Assembly: GCA_051294905.1 (NCBI GenBank)
Contig: CM119372.1
Span: forward strand, 24,244,001-24,308,000
Length of the DNA: 64,000 nucleotides
Reading direction: 5' to 3'
From: Botryllus schlosseri
Lineage: Eukaryota
Of this stretch, positions 62,337-64,000 are shown piece after piece (the stretch's first letter is position 1; the number at the start of each line of letters is the position of its first letter). The position numbers and the translations under genes were made by a program. The notes under the pieces are model-generated. The model saw only the letters and a program-made list of their open reading frames with translations. It was not told the DNA's origin and made no database searches.

Positions 62337-63459
62337 ACCAATGGATTATTCGGTGATTGGATGTTTCTATTCTAGGGGTCCTTAATCAAGGGTCTGTGGA
62401 TCCCTTCCGGGGTACGAAGCACCACATCAGGTGATGCGAGATGCATTATTGGATTGTAGGCCTATGCCATCTAGAACTTGAAATATTGTTGCAAACAAAC
62501 CAAAAGTGGAATCTTTTCTGGGCTAATTTATTCAACTGGTAAATATTCTTTTGCACTATCCACAATTTTACGAGAATAGGCTTTTTGATCCCGTCCCGTC
62601 AAATAAAGCCTACTTGGTGATTATACATTGAATACCCCTATTATTGATGGTGCGGCCCGCGGCGTAACCAAAACTAGGAAATTGGCCCGCGAACACATTT
62701 GAGTTTGAGACCTCTGTTTTAACGTATGTGCCACGAGAGGTCCGCCGGTGAGCTGTGACTTGAAGTGTGGTAACTGCGTAAACGGCGTACGGAACAAAGA
62801 TTCAACACGGTTCATGTTCGCACTAGACCTGACTAATTATCTGCAGAAATGGAAATGACTATTCCTCGAGAGATAGCGTAAGCCTAATTGGAAAGGTCAA
62901 CGAGTTCGGACAGATACGCAATTGTTATCTCATAGATTGGGCCGGTCATATTGAATCCAAAACATCATTCTGAAGAACTAAGAATAGCAGCCTCGGAAAT
63001 TCGGTCTCGGTACAGCATAGGAGATTTTGGCCTTGAAACTGGAGACTGTAACACGACACATAAGGCTTTATTACTGTCTATAGGTCTGCTGCGAAATCGC
63101 CTTTGTAAAATATATTACCGAATAAATACGTGGATAAAAGCCTTAAACTTAGTACACTGTTACATGACATCATCGAGAAGTGGCCTCGTGGCCCTTTTCG
63201 GTATGGTACACTGTCAAAATTAATGCGAACAGACCAACACCGAATTTTGCGTAAAATTTACTGAGGAATAGGCTGATCAAGTGATCAGCTGTTAGCCGCC
63301 ATCGAAAACGAAATAGATATCGCGCTTGACAGGGGGTTGTAAGCAAATGGCTTGAAGGCCACAATTTCACGGTGAAATTGACATTGGAGAATATAATATC
63401 AAAGTAAATATTTGAATGCAAACTGAGAATGATATCATCATCTCAGTTAACGTTACCGC

Positions 63460-64000
63460 AGATACACCGGCTTTTGCGTGAAACCCGCAATGCGTTGTAG
63501 GCTAAAGTGTCAGATCGGAGCACATCTCTACCATACTCGACCTTGAAAACGAAATTACTGCCTAATCACTGAGTGTCAACCTTGAGACTTGGCACAGCAT
63601 TCGATACTAAAATCAAGACATACCGTGCAAAAGCTTATGACGGATCTAGGTAAGGAGTATCGTTAAAGTCAATAGAGACCAATACCGGCTTTGCGTATAA
63701 TCTGTTAGCGATAAATGACGAGTCAGCTCTCACTCGAATTAGGAAACGAAATTACCACTAACACAGTTCAGTGACAAACTTAAAACTTGGTCACAGCGTT
63801 CGATACTAACATTAAGACTTACCGTGCCAAATTTCATAACCGATCTCAGCATTGAACATCGTCAAAATCAATGGATACCAATATCGGCTTTTGAGTAAAA
63901 TCTGTTTGCGATACATGACGGATCAGCACACACTCAACTTCAGAAACGGAATTACTACCCTAAACTTTAAGTAGAAACCCTGAAACTTGGGGCAGTGTTA
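63460..64000 (+). repeat. Diverged ~198-bp tandem repeat (~2.7 units, runs off the window; fainter units back to ~63240)
   Basis: AAACG(A/G)AATTAC near 63547, 63744 and 63944; AATA(C/T)CGGCTTT near 63681 and 63880; TTCGATACTAA near 63600 and 63799. Confidence 0.85.

Larger units (their letters stand above)
59145..62716 (+). mobile_element. Same family, expanded by three nested insertions
   Basis: TSD TTTTAACG (59137..59144 / 62717..62724); host sequence resumes after each insert. Confidence 0.9.

Overview
AT-rich, intron-rich animal genomic DNA, not prokaryotic. An invertebrate such as an ascidian is plausible, but that is inference only. (1) One complete 8-exon minus-strand gene (CDS 23190->4415, 1347 nt, 448 aa) encodes a MINPP1-type clade-2 histidine phosphatase. 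All splice phases are compatible, but the active-site motifs are atypical (RHGSRHRP, and HGW in place of HAE). (2) A tandem, decayed duplicate of that locus (~26.3-44.5 kb) keeps only exons 3, 4, 5 and 7, with stops and frameshifts. (3) Penelope-like retroelement (PLE) remnants (GIY-YIG) are present. Their terminal repeats carry a minimal type I hammerhead ribozyme motif: five copies of one family and one degenerate copy of a second, including a head-to-head pair inside intron 3 of the gene. (4) There are tRNA-derived SINEs, including a TSD-flanked chimera of an intact tRNA-Glu(CTC) gene fused to a SINE. (5) About 20 hAT-type MITEs or deletion derivatives with 8-bp TSDs occur, often nested. 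(6) A candidate unidentified spliced gene lies at ~50.7-57.7 kb (minus strand), and a ~198-bp diverged tandem repeat lies at the right edge. All coordinates and alignments were read by eye; no database searches were run.
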